Shown here piece by piece: positions 23,301 through 34,852 of a stretch of DNA of 34,852 nucleotides (positions are counted from its first letter, which is position 1; each line of letters begins with the position of its first letter). The stretch covers positions 186,001 to 220,852 of the forward strand of contig CT868051.1 in the NCBI GenBank assembly GCA_000165425.1, in the 5' to 3' direction. The notes beneath the pieces are model-generated. The model saw nothing but the letters and a program-made list of their open reading frames with translations. It made no database searches and was not told the origin of the DNA. The DNA is from Paramecium tetraurelia. Taxonomy: Eukaryota. Made by a program: the position numbers and the translations under genes.

Positions 23301-26300
23301 AAAACTGCAGATGCAACTTGTACTAAACAGGACAAATGTGATAAAATAGTTTCTTAAACATCTGCTTAAGTTTGTAATGATGTTTTAGGTTATGGTGTTG
23401 GAATATGCTAAAAGGTGACTAACACAGGTTGCATAGAAACTGTTGCTGCTTGTACAAGTTATACTTTAGATTCAACACTCAGTGATGCAAATAAAAAAGC
23501 AGCTTGTGACTCTTTGAAACCTGTTAATGATGTAGCTAAATTTGGTTTAGGAACTGCAACATATACAGCATGCACATGGTCAACTGGTAATACATGCGCA
23601 GCATACACTTGTGCTACTATTGCCACAGCTACAAGTTAAAAAGATTGTGACAGCAAATTAGCAGGATGTTATTATTATTCTGGAAAATGTTATGCATCAG
23701 TTACCGCTTGTCCAACAAGTTTCCCAGCTGAGTTAGACACAGATACAAAAAAGGCTATTTATTGTAAGGCAATGTTCAAAACTGGAGGCACATATTGTGA
23801 AATAAAACCAGATGGCACAGCTTGCCAAGATGGATCAATTACTGATTGTGTTCTTACTTTATCTACTGCTTGGACTGCAGCATCAGCTAAATTTGATGGA
23901 GCTACTACAACAACTGATGCATTTTGTGTTACATAATCAGCTAAGGATAAATCAAAATATTGTATCAAAGATGATAATGCCAAGTGTAAAGCAGGAACTT
24001 GTGAAAATATTCCAAGCCCAACCAGTTAAGCTGATTGTGATATACATTTAATTGGATGTGTGTTCTCAGCTAGTAAATGTAGAACACCAAAAGTTACTGC
24101 TCTTGCTGCTGCAACAGACTGTGCTGATACTGCTAAACTTCCCTTTGCTGATGCTACAGGATTGGCAGCTAGCGCAAAAACAGCCTATTGCTAAGTTTTT
24201 TCAAAAGATGGAGCAAGTGTTTTCTGCACCTATGATGAATTCCATGCAACAACTTAAACAGCTTGTGTAGGCGCAGGAGCCTGTGATACATATGCAACAT
24301 TACCTGTTGGTGATGCAGCTAGATTAACTTATTGTTTGAGTAAAGTGAATGCCAGTGGTAAGAAATGTGGATTTACAGCTGGAGCCACTAAATGCAGAGA
24401 TTTTGATTGTTAAGACATTGCAAGTCCAACATCTTAAGTTGATTGTGATCTCTAAGCAAATGCATTAAAATGTGTTTATTACAAAGGAACTTGTGTAAAT
24501 GATGATGCCGCCTGTGCAGCCGTCCCCGCTATTGGAACAACAGCAGATGATAAAAGAACATACTGTGCAAATTTATCAGTTACTGAACCTTGTACTTATG
24601 CCGTTGGTGCTTTCTGTGTGAAATAGGATACATGCGATAAATATGATGTGACAGATGCAACAGATAAAGCAGCTGCATGTGGAGCTTTATCTGATGGAAC
24701 GAATAAATGCACTTTTATCCAAGGTACTAAGTGTGTCACATTGGATACTTGCGATAAATATGATGGAGCACTCGGACCCGCAGCTGGTTCAGAAGAAGCA
24801 TAATGTAAAGCCGTTAAATCAAAAACCAATTATCCATGCATTAAAGATACAGCTTAGAAATGCAAAGCCTAAGCTTGTACCGATAATGACGCCAGTGCTG
24901 CAGATTGTGCTAGTAATGCTCCAGATTGTATCTATTATTCAAGTAAATGCATTGCTAAAACTACTTGTGGAGGTTACACAGCATAAGGTGCTGATGATGC
25001 AGCCAAATAAACATGGTGTGAAGGAGTTACAAATTCATCAGGAGATTTATGTGCTTGGGATGCTGCAGGTGGAAAATGTAAAGACAGAACTTGCGGTGAC
25101 AAATCATTCTACACAGACTTTGATTGTTCAAGTTACCTCAAATCTTGCAAGACAAACGGTTCAGCATGCGTTGCTTCAACTACAGCATGTAGTTCAAGTA
25201 ACGGCTCCACAGATTTTTGCAACCTCTTATTAGATGGAACAGCAAAAGATAAATGCAAACCATTAGCACCAGCTACTCCAACTGCTGCAGGAGCATGCAC
25301 AAACAAAAAATGTTATGATAATGTTACAGCAACATCTGATTCTGAATGTGATTCTTATTTGAGTGGATGTGTCACACGTGGAACAGGATGTATTCCAAAT
25401 TCAGAACCATGCACATCATACAGAGGAACTAAATTGTAATGTGAATTATTCAAAAAATTCACTGGATTAGATGCTAATAAAAATCCAATTTATGAATATT
25501 GTTCTGGTGATGCTACTAATACAGCTACTGGAAAATGTAAAGTAAGAACTTGCGCTGATAACATTACAGCCTCATCAGATACCGATTGTGCTGCTTATTT
25601 GAAAGGATGTATTACAAAGGGTACTGGATGTATTGATGCAACATCATCATGCGGTGGATTTAAAGGAGATTAAGCTACTTGCGCTAAATTCTTGGGAAGT
25701 TCAGGAAAGGATTATTGCTGGAATACTTCAACTGCATTAGCTACAGCTGTTTGCGCAAAGAAGAAATGCAGTGATATTGCTGGTAAAAACAATAAGGATT
25801 GTAATGATGGTATGCCACCCTTCAAGACTACAGATGATCCTTTCTGTGTCTACGATGGAACTGGTTGCATTGATTATGGAAAGAATTGCAGTACCTTCAA
25901 TGGAACTGAAGAAACATGCCCAACATATTTGGCTAAAGATGGACCATGCAAAGCTACCACAGTTGGAACAATCAAGGGAGCATGCGCTAAGAGAGTATGC
26001 ACAGAAGCACCAAATACACTTGCAACTGATGCTGATTGCTAGAAATATCATAAGGATTGTGTAACAACAGGTTATGGATGCACAGCTACTAAGAACTGCA
26101 GTAATTTGACATCATAAGCTGCTTGTAAATTAAGAGCAGAATGCACATGGGCCAATTAATGTACAGCTTCTATTACCACTTGTGCCACTTATAATAACAC
26201 CAGTTACTCATAATGTACCAATTCTAAAGTCAATGGTAAATTCTGTGCTTGGACTGAATCTAACTCAACATGCAGAGCTTAAGTCTGTGAAGATTAACCA

Positions 26301-27908
26301 GCAACAATCGCTTCTCATGCCTAATGTTAAAGCTTTGCTGATAATTGTACTACATCTGGAGCTGGTTGTTTGACCATTACAACATGTCCATCATACAAGA
26401 CTTAATCAATCTGTATTGCTGCCTCAACAACTAAGGACGGAGTAGGAAGATGTGGTTGGGATACTGCAACAAATAAATGCAGATCTAGAGTTTGCGGTGA
26501 CAAGAACGGTTTAACAGATGATGAATGTAACACTTTCCTTGCTGGTTGCAAGACCAATGGATCAAGTTGTGTTGCTGGAGCTTCATGTACTGAATTCTCT
26601 AATAAATAATTCTGTATTAAATCCAACTTTGGACCATGCCTTTGGGTTAATGGATAATGCTATGATTATGACAGATGTGAAGATGCTATCAAGAAGACAC
26701 ACACTGAATGCTAAGGTTTCTCACCATTATGCACAACCAATGGAGACACTTGTATTCCAATTACCAACTGTGCCAGCACAACATTGAAGGCCTCATGCGT
26801 CGTCGGAACTGATGGAGCTTGCGGATGGTTACCAACTGGAAAATGCTAGAAGTTCGGATAATGCACAGATGCAGTTGCTGCTACCAACGATGAATGTCTC
26901 TCATATGGACCAACCTGTATTACTGATGGAACTGCTTGTATTGCTAAGGCAGCTTGTGGTACTTACAAGACATAAACAGCTTGTAATAACCTTGGAACTG
27001 ATGGTATCTGCTATTGGAACGCCACTGCTAATACTTGTAAGTTGAAGGAATGTGGAGATGAATAAAAGGGAACAAACGACTAATGCAAACTTATCTCAGT
27101 AACTGGAGGATCATGCACAACTGATGGAACCAAATGTATCCCATTGGCTGCTTGCTCAAGTTATGTTGAAGCTGGATGTTTCACAGGAACTGACGGAGAA
27201 TGTACTTTCGCATTACCAGTTGGAGCTACTACAGGAACAAAGACATGCAGATAAAAGCAATGTGAAGATATCACTGGAGGAACATCAAATGCTAATTGTA
27301 TGGGTGTTATTGCAGGAAAGAATTGTGTTTCCAATGGAACTAGTTGCATTGCCAAGGCTGCTTGCTCAACTTATAAGACCATCACATCATGTAACGGAGG
27401 TGGTTTAGAAAACAATAAATCAACTGTTTGTGCTTTCACTCCTACTGGAACTGACAAAGTTAATGGAACATGCAAGACCTTCACCGCATGTGCCGATGCT
27501 ACCAAAGACAAATTGGCTTGCACAACCAACCCAACATGCAAATGGACTGAAAACTCAACAGGAACAACTTGTGCTAATCACGCTTGTGATACCTTTGCCA
27601 CAGGAACTGATTGTCAACCAATTCCAAGCTTCGATGGAACCTCATCCACTGTTTGTGTTCTCTAAAGCGGAAAATGCGCTGCTGCTGATCCAGGAACCAT
27701 GACTGACTCCAAGATTTGCTACACTAAATCAGCTTACACTTATAGTTGGAATGTCGCTACTAATAAATGTGAAAGTTGTATTTCAGGATCTGTCAATCCA
27801 AACAATTCAAATGGAACTAACAACAACACAGATAATGGAACAACTACCACAGACAGTGCTTACATCTTATCAGTTATTTCACTCGGTCTTTTGGGATTAA
27901 TGGCATGA
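20307..27908 (+). CDS. GPI-anchored variable surface (immobilization) antigen, 2533 aa, probably D-type (51D family)
   Basis: Single code-6 frame from ATG 20307 to TGA 27906-27908 (7602 nt); ORF-track fragments 22104, 23415, 25692, 27300 and 27699 share it. Signal peptide MKNLIFICLLAMVLA, periodic Cys modules (C(V/I)TTGxGC), T/A/C/G-rich composition, GPI signal TDSAYILSVISLGLLGLMA. D-type is inferred from the absence of near-identical central tandem repeats and a length matching my recollection of alpha-51D. Confidence 0.95.
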
Positions 27909-29124
27909 TTTTGATTTTCATATTATATATAGGGAAAAATTTATTAATGAAAAAAATTAATTTAATCTTTAAATAAGATTGTTTCAAAAATAAAATCTAA
28001 ATCATACTTAAATTTAGAATTTTATTATGTTTTAGTTATTATATAAAACAATATTAAGTACTCTTGCTAATTTCATACCAATAAGAACTACATTAGACTG
28101 AAGTTTAAAGATTCTAATCCATATTTAAGGAATTATTTCTTTTACATTAACTAATTTAGTGTCTTAACAATTAATACTTGGGTATTTTTCTAAAACCTGA
28201 GATTGCTTGCATTCTCAAAAGAGATTTAGTTACCTTTTGGTATTTTTTGGCTCAATCATTTATAAGAAATTAATTGTTCTTATATCAATAAAATAGTTTA
28301 ACTCTGCATTTTTAGGCAGAATTAGAATTTTTTAGAGTATTTGAATTTTAATCAGAATTTTTTGAAAGTTAAAGTTTTGGATCTTATCTTACCTGAATTT
28401 TTAAGGTCATAGGAAATATATTAAATAATCTGAGAATTAATCACTTATGCACAAAAATTTAAAGTCTAAATGTGTTTCATCTAATTATAATTGAAGTCAA
28501 TTGTTATTATTTTTATTTAATCATTAAATTGGTAGGTTAAATACAGCACATACATAAAAAAGCTTATTTATAAAAAATAAACTCCAAGAATCAATTAATT
28601 CCATTTTGTAAGTACTAAATCGAGTATTTATTATCATTCATAACCAAAATAAATTTGATTTCATATATAAGTTAAATGATAATCCCCAAAATTCTTTATT
28701 AGTATTTCTGATTATTCAATTAAGAGAATGAAGTTGGATTTTGTTTCGAAAATCTAAAAACATCATTATGTTGTGATCTTTTCCCTTATTTAACTAATCA
28801 TATATCTTTGGATTTTGGCCTTACAAAGTTTAGGTGGTTGAATCTGACACAATTTTCATATGCACATTTTGAATAAGTTTCATTATCTCTTATTGTTGTA
28901 GACATAAGTTGTATTTATGTTATGTTTTATGGATAAAGCTGTTTTTTTTGATTATTAATTTTAGACATAGATAGGAAGTACTGTTGATTATTCATAAAAA
29001 TTTAGAGTTATAAAATAATTTAGTAAATTCTAAATTTTATTTTCTAAGTATTTAGGCAAGGGAACAGAATAAATAGATTTGAAGAAATAAACTTTAAATA
29101 TATTTTTAACGACATTTATTAATA

Positions 29125-31580
29125 ATGAAATACATCTTAATTTTTGCTCTATTGATTTTAATAATCAGTGCAAGATAAGCACACAGGAAGAATGATAAAA
29201 TCACAAACTTTCTGCATAAAAAATTCTATATAATAAATAAAATGAATTGAAAATTCGACAGCTCATTTAGATGAGAAATGGAGGACTATATTAATTATTA
29301 TATGAAAACCAAAAATTTTAATAGTAAGAACTTTGTATCAAATAAGAAGTGTTTGTGTTAAATGTTAATGATGGACGTAATTAGTACCACCCTATACTAT
29401 ACCTCCTCAAATTATTCTGTATTTTGGTCTGGCCAAAAACTAGAAGCATTGTTCCTATTATTAAGATTAGAAAAATCTAGGAGTATTGGAGTCTAGTCAC
29501 CCCACCTATATTGATTTATGAATAGATGTTACATTTTTTCTAGTTAAATTGGGAATCCTCAGGCGAAGGCATGTTCCCTCGGAGAAGGAGGGGGGTGATA
29601 CACCAATTGTTCTTGCTCGACTAAAACCCCCTATTACTTGATGATCTGACTGGCAGCCTAGATCTTGACTTTCATAAATCACGGTGAAGTAGGCATTTCA
29701 TCCTCTCTGAGTGGTGCAAATGGGCTTGGATACTAAACTCTATTTAATAAAACTACTCTCTGACTGTATGTTTAATTATTCTAATAAATACCCTGAAAGG
29801 GGTGTAATTTTTTTTTTTGATAATATAATGTTTCTACCTATATAAAATAATATTTGTTTGTAGTTTTTTTTGTTAAAAATTTTTTTAAGAAAAAAAAATT
29901 AATCAGATCCAGCTAATTATCGACTCACCGTAAATAGGATTTGATTTTTCTTTTTAATGGTTGACATAAAGAGGCATAACTTGATTGAAATTAAAATGAC
30001 CAGAATAAATATGGATTTGATGGTGACAATAAGGAGTCTTGGGAATAAATTGTGGAAACTAATATATCCAATATGAATACAAAGGATTAATGCTTAGGCA
30101 TGGTTTAGGCTATGCCTTCATCCTTTTGAATAGATATTAGTTAGTCCAATTTTAAAACAAATTGATAGTGCCCCTTTTAAATCCCCCATAACATTGATTT
30201 TAAGGAAGAGAACAACATTTTTTACAGATCCACTACTTAGCCAGAAAGACAAGAATCTTTAGGGAAGAGAGTGTTGAAAGGAAAAATAGTTAAAAAATTA
30301 AATCTTCATTTAAAATTGTATAATTTGTAATTTATGATAGAAATATAACAATAACCCTTCTTAGATTAATTTAAGATCAGAGTCAATCAGAAATATTTTA
30401 AATAAAACAGACTTTAATATTTAATATTTTCTTTTAATAAAGTTGTTGAGCAACTTATCTAGGAATTATAAAGAGCTGGAGAATGGTATTTATATTATAA
30501 GAATGATATTTTTTCAAGTTAATCCCCGGCATTGTCCATCCCCATAGTAATTCTCTATTGCATTTTTGAGATGGAATGGCTATCTTATTCTGGATAATAT
30601 GAAGAGAAATTTATAGACTAACTTAAGGAGGCCTATGAGATAGAACTAGATTCCTAACTCGTGAACTAAGTGAATTGGAGAGTAACATTAGACAAAGTAT
30701 TTAGTGAAGATAATGAATAAAGGAGTGAAATTAGAAATACTCTTGAGAACATACTAATAGATTAAATGAATCCGACTTCTTCTTTTAAAGTTCTTAAATA
30801 GAAGAAAGAAATTCTAAAATAAGTACTTTTCATCAATACTAAACAAATGGAAAGTGAGACACAATAATAAAAAATAAAAAGTACTTAAATTCTTGGATTC
30901 TCATTAATTTAAATAATCACTGTATCATCAAGGTGGTGATTAACTTATATGATGTGTAGTTCCGGAGGTATATAAATATCATAGATGATGGAAATTTCAC
31001 AAAACCAATCTAAAATTATGTTGATCTACAAAAATAGAGATATGCCTTCTTCATAAATGAGACTGAAAAAACTTTGATCCTTAAACTTTAGATATGGACT
31101 CTTGGAAGAATCCATGAAAATTACATAATGTAATAAAATGGATTGGGCTTTCAAATAATGGAAGAACTATGGTATTGTCATTGAAATTCAATTTAAAGGA
31201 GTTCAACTATTATGTGGTGGAATTAAAAATGAATAAGGAGATATTTACTTAGAAGTGAAGGTTGTAGGTCTAAATAAATTTATCTTCCTTAACCAACCAC
31301 CAAACTACCCCATATATATTAATTTACATATGGAGTGAATTTTGATTTTATTGCAGTTCTAACTCTTTTTATTCTTAATTTGAGCAGAAACGAATATAGA
31401 ATGTTTTTTGTAATTGGATGTAGAATTTGATGAAAACAGATTATCTTTTTGTATTAAATATTTAATTTCAGGAATTTAGTGGAAATGTTGCATAAGTTAT
31501 GGAATAAGAATTAATGTTATTAAGGTGCAGTTAAAAATGAATTCAAAAGAAAATAATTAATGGTAACATTAATAATATGA
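29125..31580 (+). pseudogene. Decayed gene for a secreted/surface protein
   Basis: Clear signal peptide MKYILIFALLILIISA at 29125, then coding-like blocks (e.g. EEKFIDQLKEAYEIELDSQLVNQVNWRVTLDKVF) broken by many TGAs and frameshifts. The 3' end is approximate. Confidence 0.5.
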
Positions 31581-32860
31581 TGATGAGATGATTATTTTCT
31601 TTCCCTATATACTTCTCTCAACCATCTCTAATTTTATGGAGGGAGTAGATTTGACAGAATATGTAAGGAAGGATTCTCCTTAAGAAAATAACATTTATTT
31701 ATAAGATAACTTATTGAATGGATTTGATTCAACTTTTGAAGGTTTGAGGTCCTCCCATAGGTAGAATAAATGTTTTAGTACATCTATTTACTTAAAATGT
31801 AATAAAATCAAATAGCAGAACATAACTCCATCTATTTAGATCTGGAAGTTTCATCACCATTCACCTGTTCTTCTATAAATTTGATGTATTTAAAGCATCC
31901 CTCATAGTTTATTTCACCCCCAATTTTGTTTATTAAATTTTAGTCTAATAGGGAAAATCTCATTCTGTAACCAGTTATTTCTCTTATTCATTACACACCT
32001 TGTCATCTAATTTTTTTTCAAATTGGGTTTACCTTTTCAGTATTAGTTTTAAGAGGTTTTCACATTAAAAAGTCAGGATAAATCTTTAAAGTTCTTTTAG
32101 AATGACTATTACTCTATCATCTAATTCTCTACATCATTCAGGTCAAAATACATAGATTTTCATATAATTGAAGTTCTTTTCCAATTGATTTGGAACATCT
32201 TAATCTGATAGTTATATCCTTCTACGTACTAGCCAACCTTGCTCCAACTGCACCTTCTTCTAGATTATTTTGTTACTTTTGCACTATTCAGAATCTAAGC
32301 TAATGATGATCTTATCATTATATTCTTTATCTAAATATCCCTTTAATTTACAACGAAATAATAGTTGTATTTAAGGCTTCAATTAGGTTTCTCCTATTCA
32401 AATCTTATTGGTTCTTTTGTAATATTCTGATTTAAAAAAAATCTATTTTGAAAAGAATTTGAAAAATGTTTCTCAACTTTATTATCTATAACTTCTATCT
32501 TGGGATTAATTAGGAGGGAGGAGCCTTCACTATATTGTAATTTGCTAATTCTCATTTAATTCAACCCTTATATTGAGATTCTAATACTCCTTTTTATGGT
32601 AATCTCTTTCCTTCCGGCCAAGATTCTAGGATACTCTTGAAAAAGTTATTCCACTGTTTCTCCCTCCTTAAATTGGGTTCTTCCTATGAATAGCATCTTT
32701 AAAATAGGTTCATTCATGTCATCATTCACCATTAAAGTCTGAATAAGAATTTGGTGGCAGAGAAACTATCCTAAGCCCCTTTCAAAGTTATGAATAGTAT
32801 TGAAGATCCTCGTGAAAGCTGCCCATCCTTATTTTGCAAATATCTTTTCCCCAACATTTG
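31580..32860 (-). pseudogene. Decayed coding region, family unknown
   Basis: About 100 open codons (VGEKIFAKQGWAAFTRIFNTIHNFERGL...EYPRILAGRERDY) followed by repeated TGAs and frame changes. Boundaries are approximate. Confidence 0.4.
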
Positions 32861-34276
32861 ATTATGTAAAAAATTACAATATTGAAAGTTTCAATAATAA
32901 GATATTTCATTATGAAAATCAAAATAAATTAAAATTTCAAATATTAATGAAAAATTAGAAATCACCTTTTACCTTTAAATTTTAGTATGCTAAAATTTAT
33001 GATTAAAATATTTCAGATATGATTAAAAAGTTAATTTGAAAGATCAAGACTAATAATAGGTCTGGAATTAGTTATGGTGATCTTATGAATTTTTGATATA
33101 GATCATTTCACTCCGATTTCAGAATTCTTTCATATCGTAACCCTACTCTGAATGCTTGAAGGGGTTTCGGAATTTCTTGATTTGCCAATCACCAAGGTTT
33201 CTCTCTAGTAGTAACTACCTAAAACTCTATGTGCTAGCTTGATGATTTAAAAAAAAAATATTATTGATTAGAATAATAAATTCTATCAAGCATTATAATA
33301 CGCTAAAACACTGTAGAAATTTAGACTGAAATTTTAGTATCAATATCGAAAAATTTTTATCAAACACCTCAACCCTCAAAATTTTAGTTGTTCTTAGAGA
33401 TTATTTATGAAGGCAAACACTTTTAATTGAATATTATGATAAAATTAATTGAAATATTAAATTTTTCTTATAAATATTGTATATTGAATCCTTCCTTTGA
33501 TTCTTTCAATTATACTAAAGAAGTACTCCTTAATCTGTAGTTAATATAGGTTGAATATTATAACTATTAAAATGTTTATCTTAATTTAACATCTTCAATA
33601 TAGATTTTGGTTTAAGGTAGAATAAATATAAAAGCAGAATATAATCAATGTCTTAAATTCAATTATAGTTACAATTAATTGTTTGATAAATTCTTATATA
33701 ATTGAATGAATTTTGAAAAGAAAGCTTTAAGTCCAGAAGACAACTAAAATTAAAATTGCTTATGAACAAATAAAAGTAAGATATTTAATAGAATACATAA
33801 TAAGTAACCTTATTATTAAGATTGAAAATCGAAAAAGTAAAAACATGTTTTTATAAAATATGAAGTGCTTTAAATAAAATAAATAATGAAGAAATAAACA
33901 GATTATATTATAGGTACTTGGAATTATTTCCCTTAAATTTTAATTTGCTTTACTTAATAAATTAGTCATCTTTGAGTCTTGTCTTTAACCATTCTCTTAT
34001 TGGCTTTTAATCCATAAAGAAATATTTCTTGAATTATTTTTTGATCTGTTTACTAATAGGAGGACTCGAATTAAATATTCTCTACATTAATGATTTTTAT
34101 TATTTCTGAACTTCTATAAGATTCTTTCGAAATTGAAATAATATTATAATCCTTGTTTTTATTTTATCCTTTCTTTTTGTAATTTAGATATTTTATTGTT
34201 ATTTATTCTGGTTAATGCTAAAGATACTATGATTATTAAGTATTTCTATTACTCATATTTCTATTCAATATTAAAA

Positions 34277-34771
34277 ATGATTCCTAGCAACTTGGATGAC
34301 GTATAATCTAATCAACAACATATTTAAACTAATATTCCAGAATAATTAAATCCAAGTTTCGAAGTGGATTAGTCGCAAAAGCAATTATTGGAGATCTAAA
34401 ATTTAGAGAATCAAATACTTCAATAAACAGACTTTCAAGAAAAATAATCAATTGGCATAGTTGATAAAGAAGTTAAATTGAACCTAACATTGTTGAAATG
34501 ATGTACTAAAATGATTACCAATTCTTATTATTTTAAGTTATTGTGTTATATGAGTAAAACTTATTTTTGAATAGCTTAATTGAATGAGATTGAAGATGCT
34601 AAATAATTATACAAAGATATAATTAAAATTAATCCAACTCATGAACTATTATACCAAGAGATAGTAATTTCATATTTTTAATAATTCAGCTTTTGTCTTA
34701 AATTAATCGCAATGAAATTTAAGCTTAAGAAATTAAAAACTCTATCAAGAGCAAAGTAATATTATATTTAA
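34277..34771 (+). pseudogene. TPR-like gene remnant truncated by the telomere
   Basis: ATG 34277 frame stops at TGA 34499-34501. Downstream QLNEIEDAKQLYKDIIKINPTHELLYQEI (TPR-like) is followed by a 26-nt GTA..CAG intron-like piece and an open frame running into the telomere. Confidence 0.5.
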
Positions 34772-34852
34772 GGGTTTGGGGTTTGGGGTTAAGGTTGGGG
34801 TTTGGGTTTGGGTTTGGGGTTGGGGTTGGGGTTGGGGTTGGGTTTGGGGTGG
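34772..34852 (+). repeat. Macronuclear telomere, mixed GGGGTT/GGGTTT repeats
   Basis: Terminal G-rich tract of G4T2 and G3T3 units. This mixture is characteristic of Paramecium aurelia-type telomerase. Confidence 0.97.

Noticed and set aside
872..27908. Most short ORFs in the supplied track (e.g. 1890-2219, 2565-2825, 21049-21534, 24655-25233)
   Set aside because: They were computed with TAA/TAG as stops. They are antisense or off-frame shadows, or fragments of longer code-6 genes.
20307..27908. Periodic repeats suggesting a CRISPR-like or DNA repeat array
   Set aside because: The periodicity is at the protein level (Cys modules) with synonymous divergence; there are no identical repeats with spacers.
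33105..33225. Locally GC-richer island that might be an ncRNA
   Set aside because: No tRNA, snRNA, snoRNA or telomerase RNA hallmarks recognised; more likely a coding remnant. An Infernal/Rfam scan would settle it.

Overview
This is the right-hand end of a ciliate macronuclear chromosome, almost certainly Paramecium (aurelia-type). It uses genetic code 6 (TAA/TAG = Gln, TGA the only stop), has 20-31 nt GT..AG introns, and ends in a mixed G4T2/G3T3 telomere at 34772-34852. The supplied ORF track uses the standard code, so it fragments or misses most genes; the models below were re-read by hand in code 6. Bases 1-17.9 kb are very densely packed: a RING-CH+FHA protein, a possible SPATA7-like protein, axonemal dynein p28/DNALI1, a ~1744-aa type I membrane protein, a divergent Ubc9-like E2, a collapsed sortilin/Vps10 relic, an ACP-like protein lacking the canonical Ser, an HTH protein with a 72-nt intron, a cyclin and a RanBP2-type zinc-finger protein. 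After a 2.4-kb AT-rich gap lies an intronless 2533-codon GPI-anchored variable surface antigen (probably D-type) pointing toward the telomere. It is followed by ~6.9 kb of decayed coding remnants, and the telomere appears to be added inside a TPR-like frame. I found no convincing wholly new system; the best leads are individual atypical genes and gene architecture. No database searches were run, so family calls come from motif recognition.
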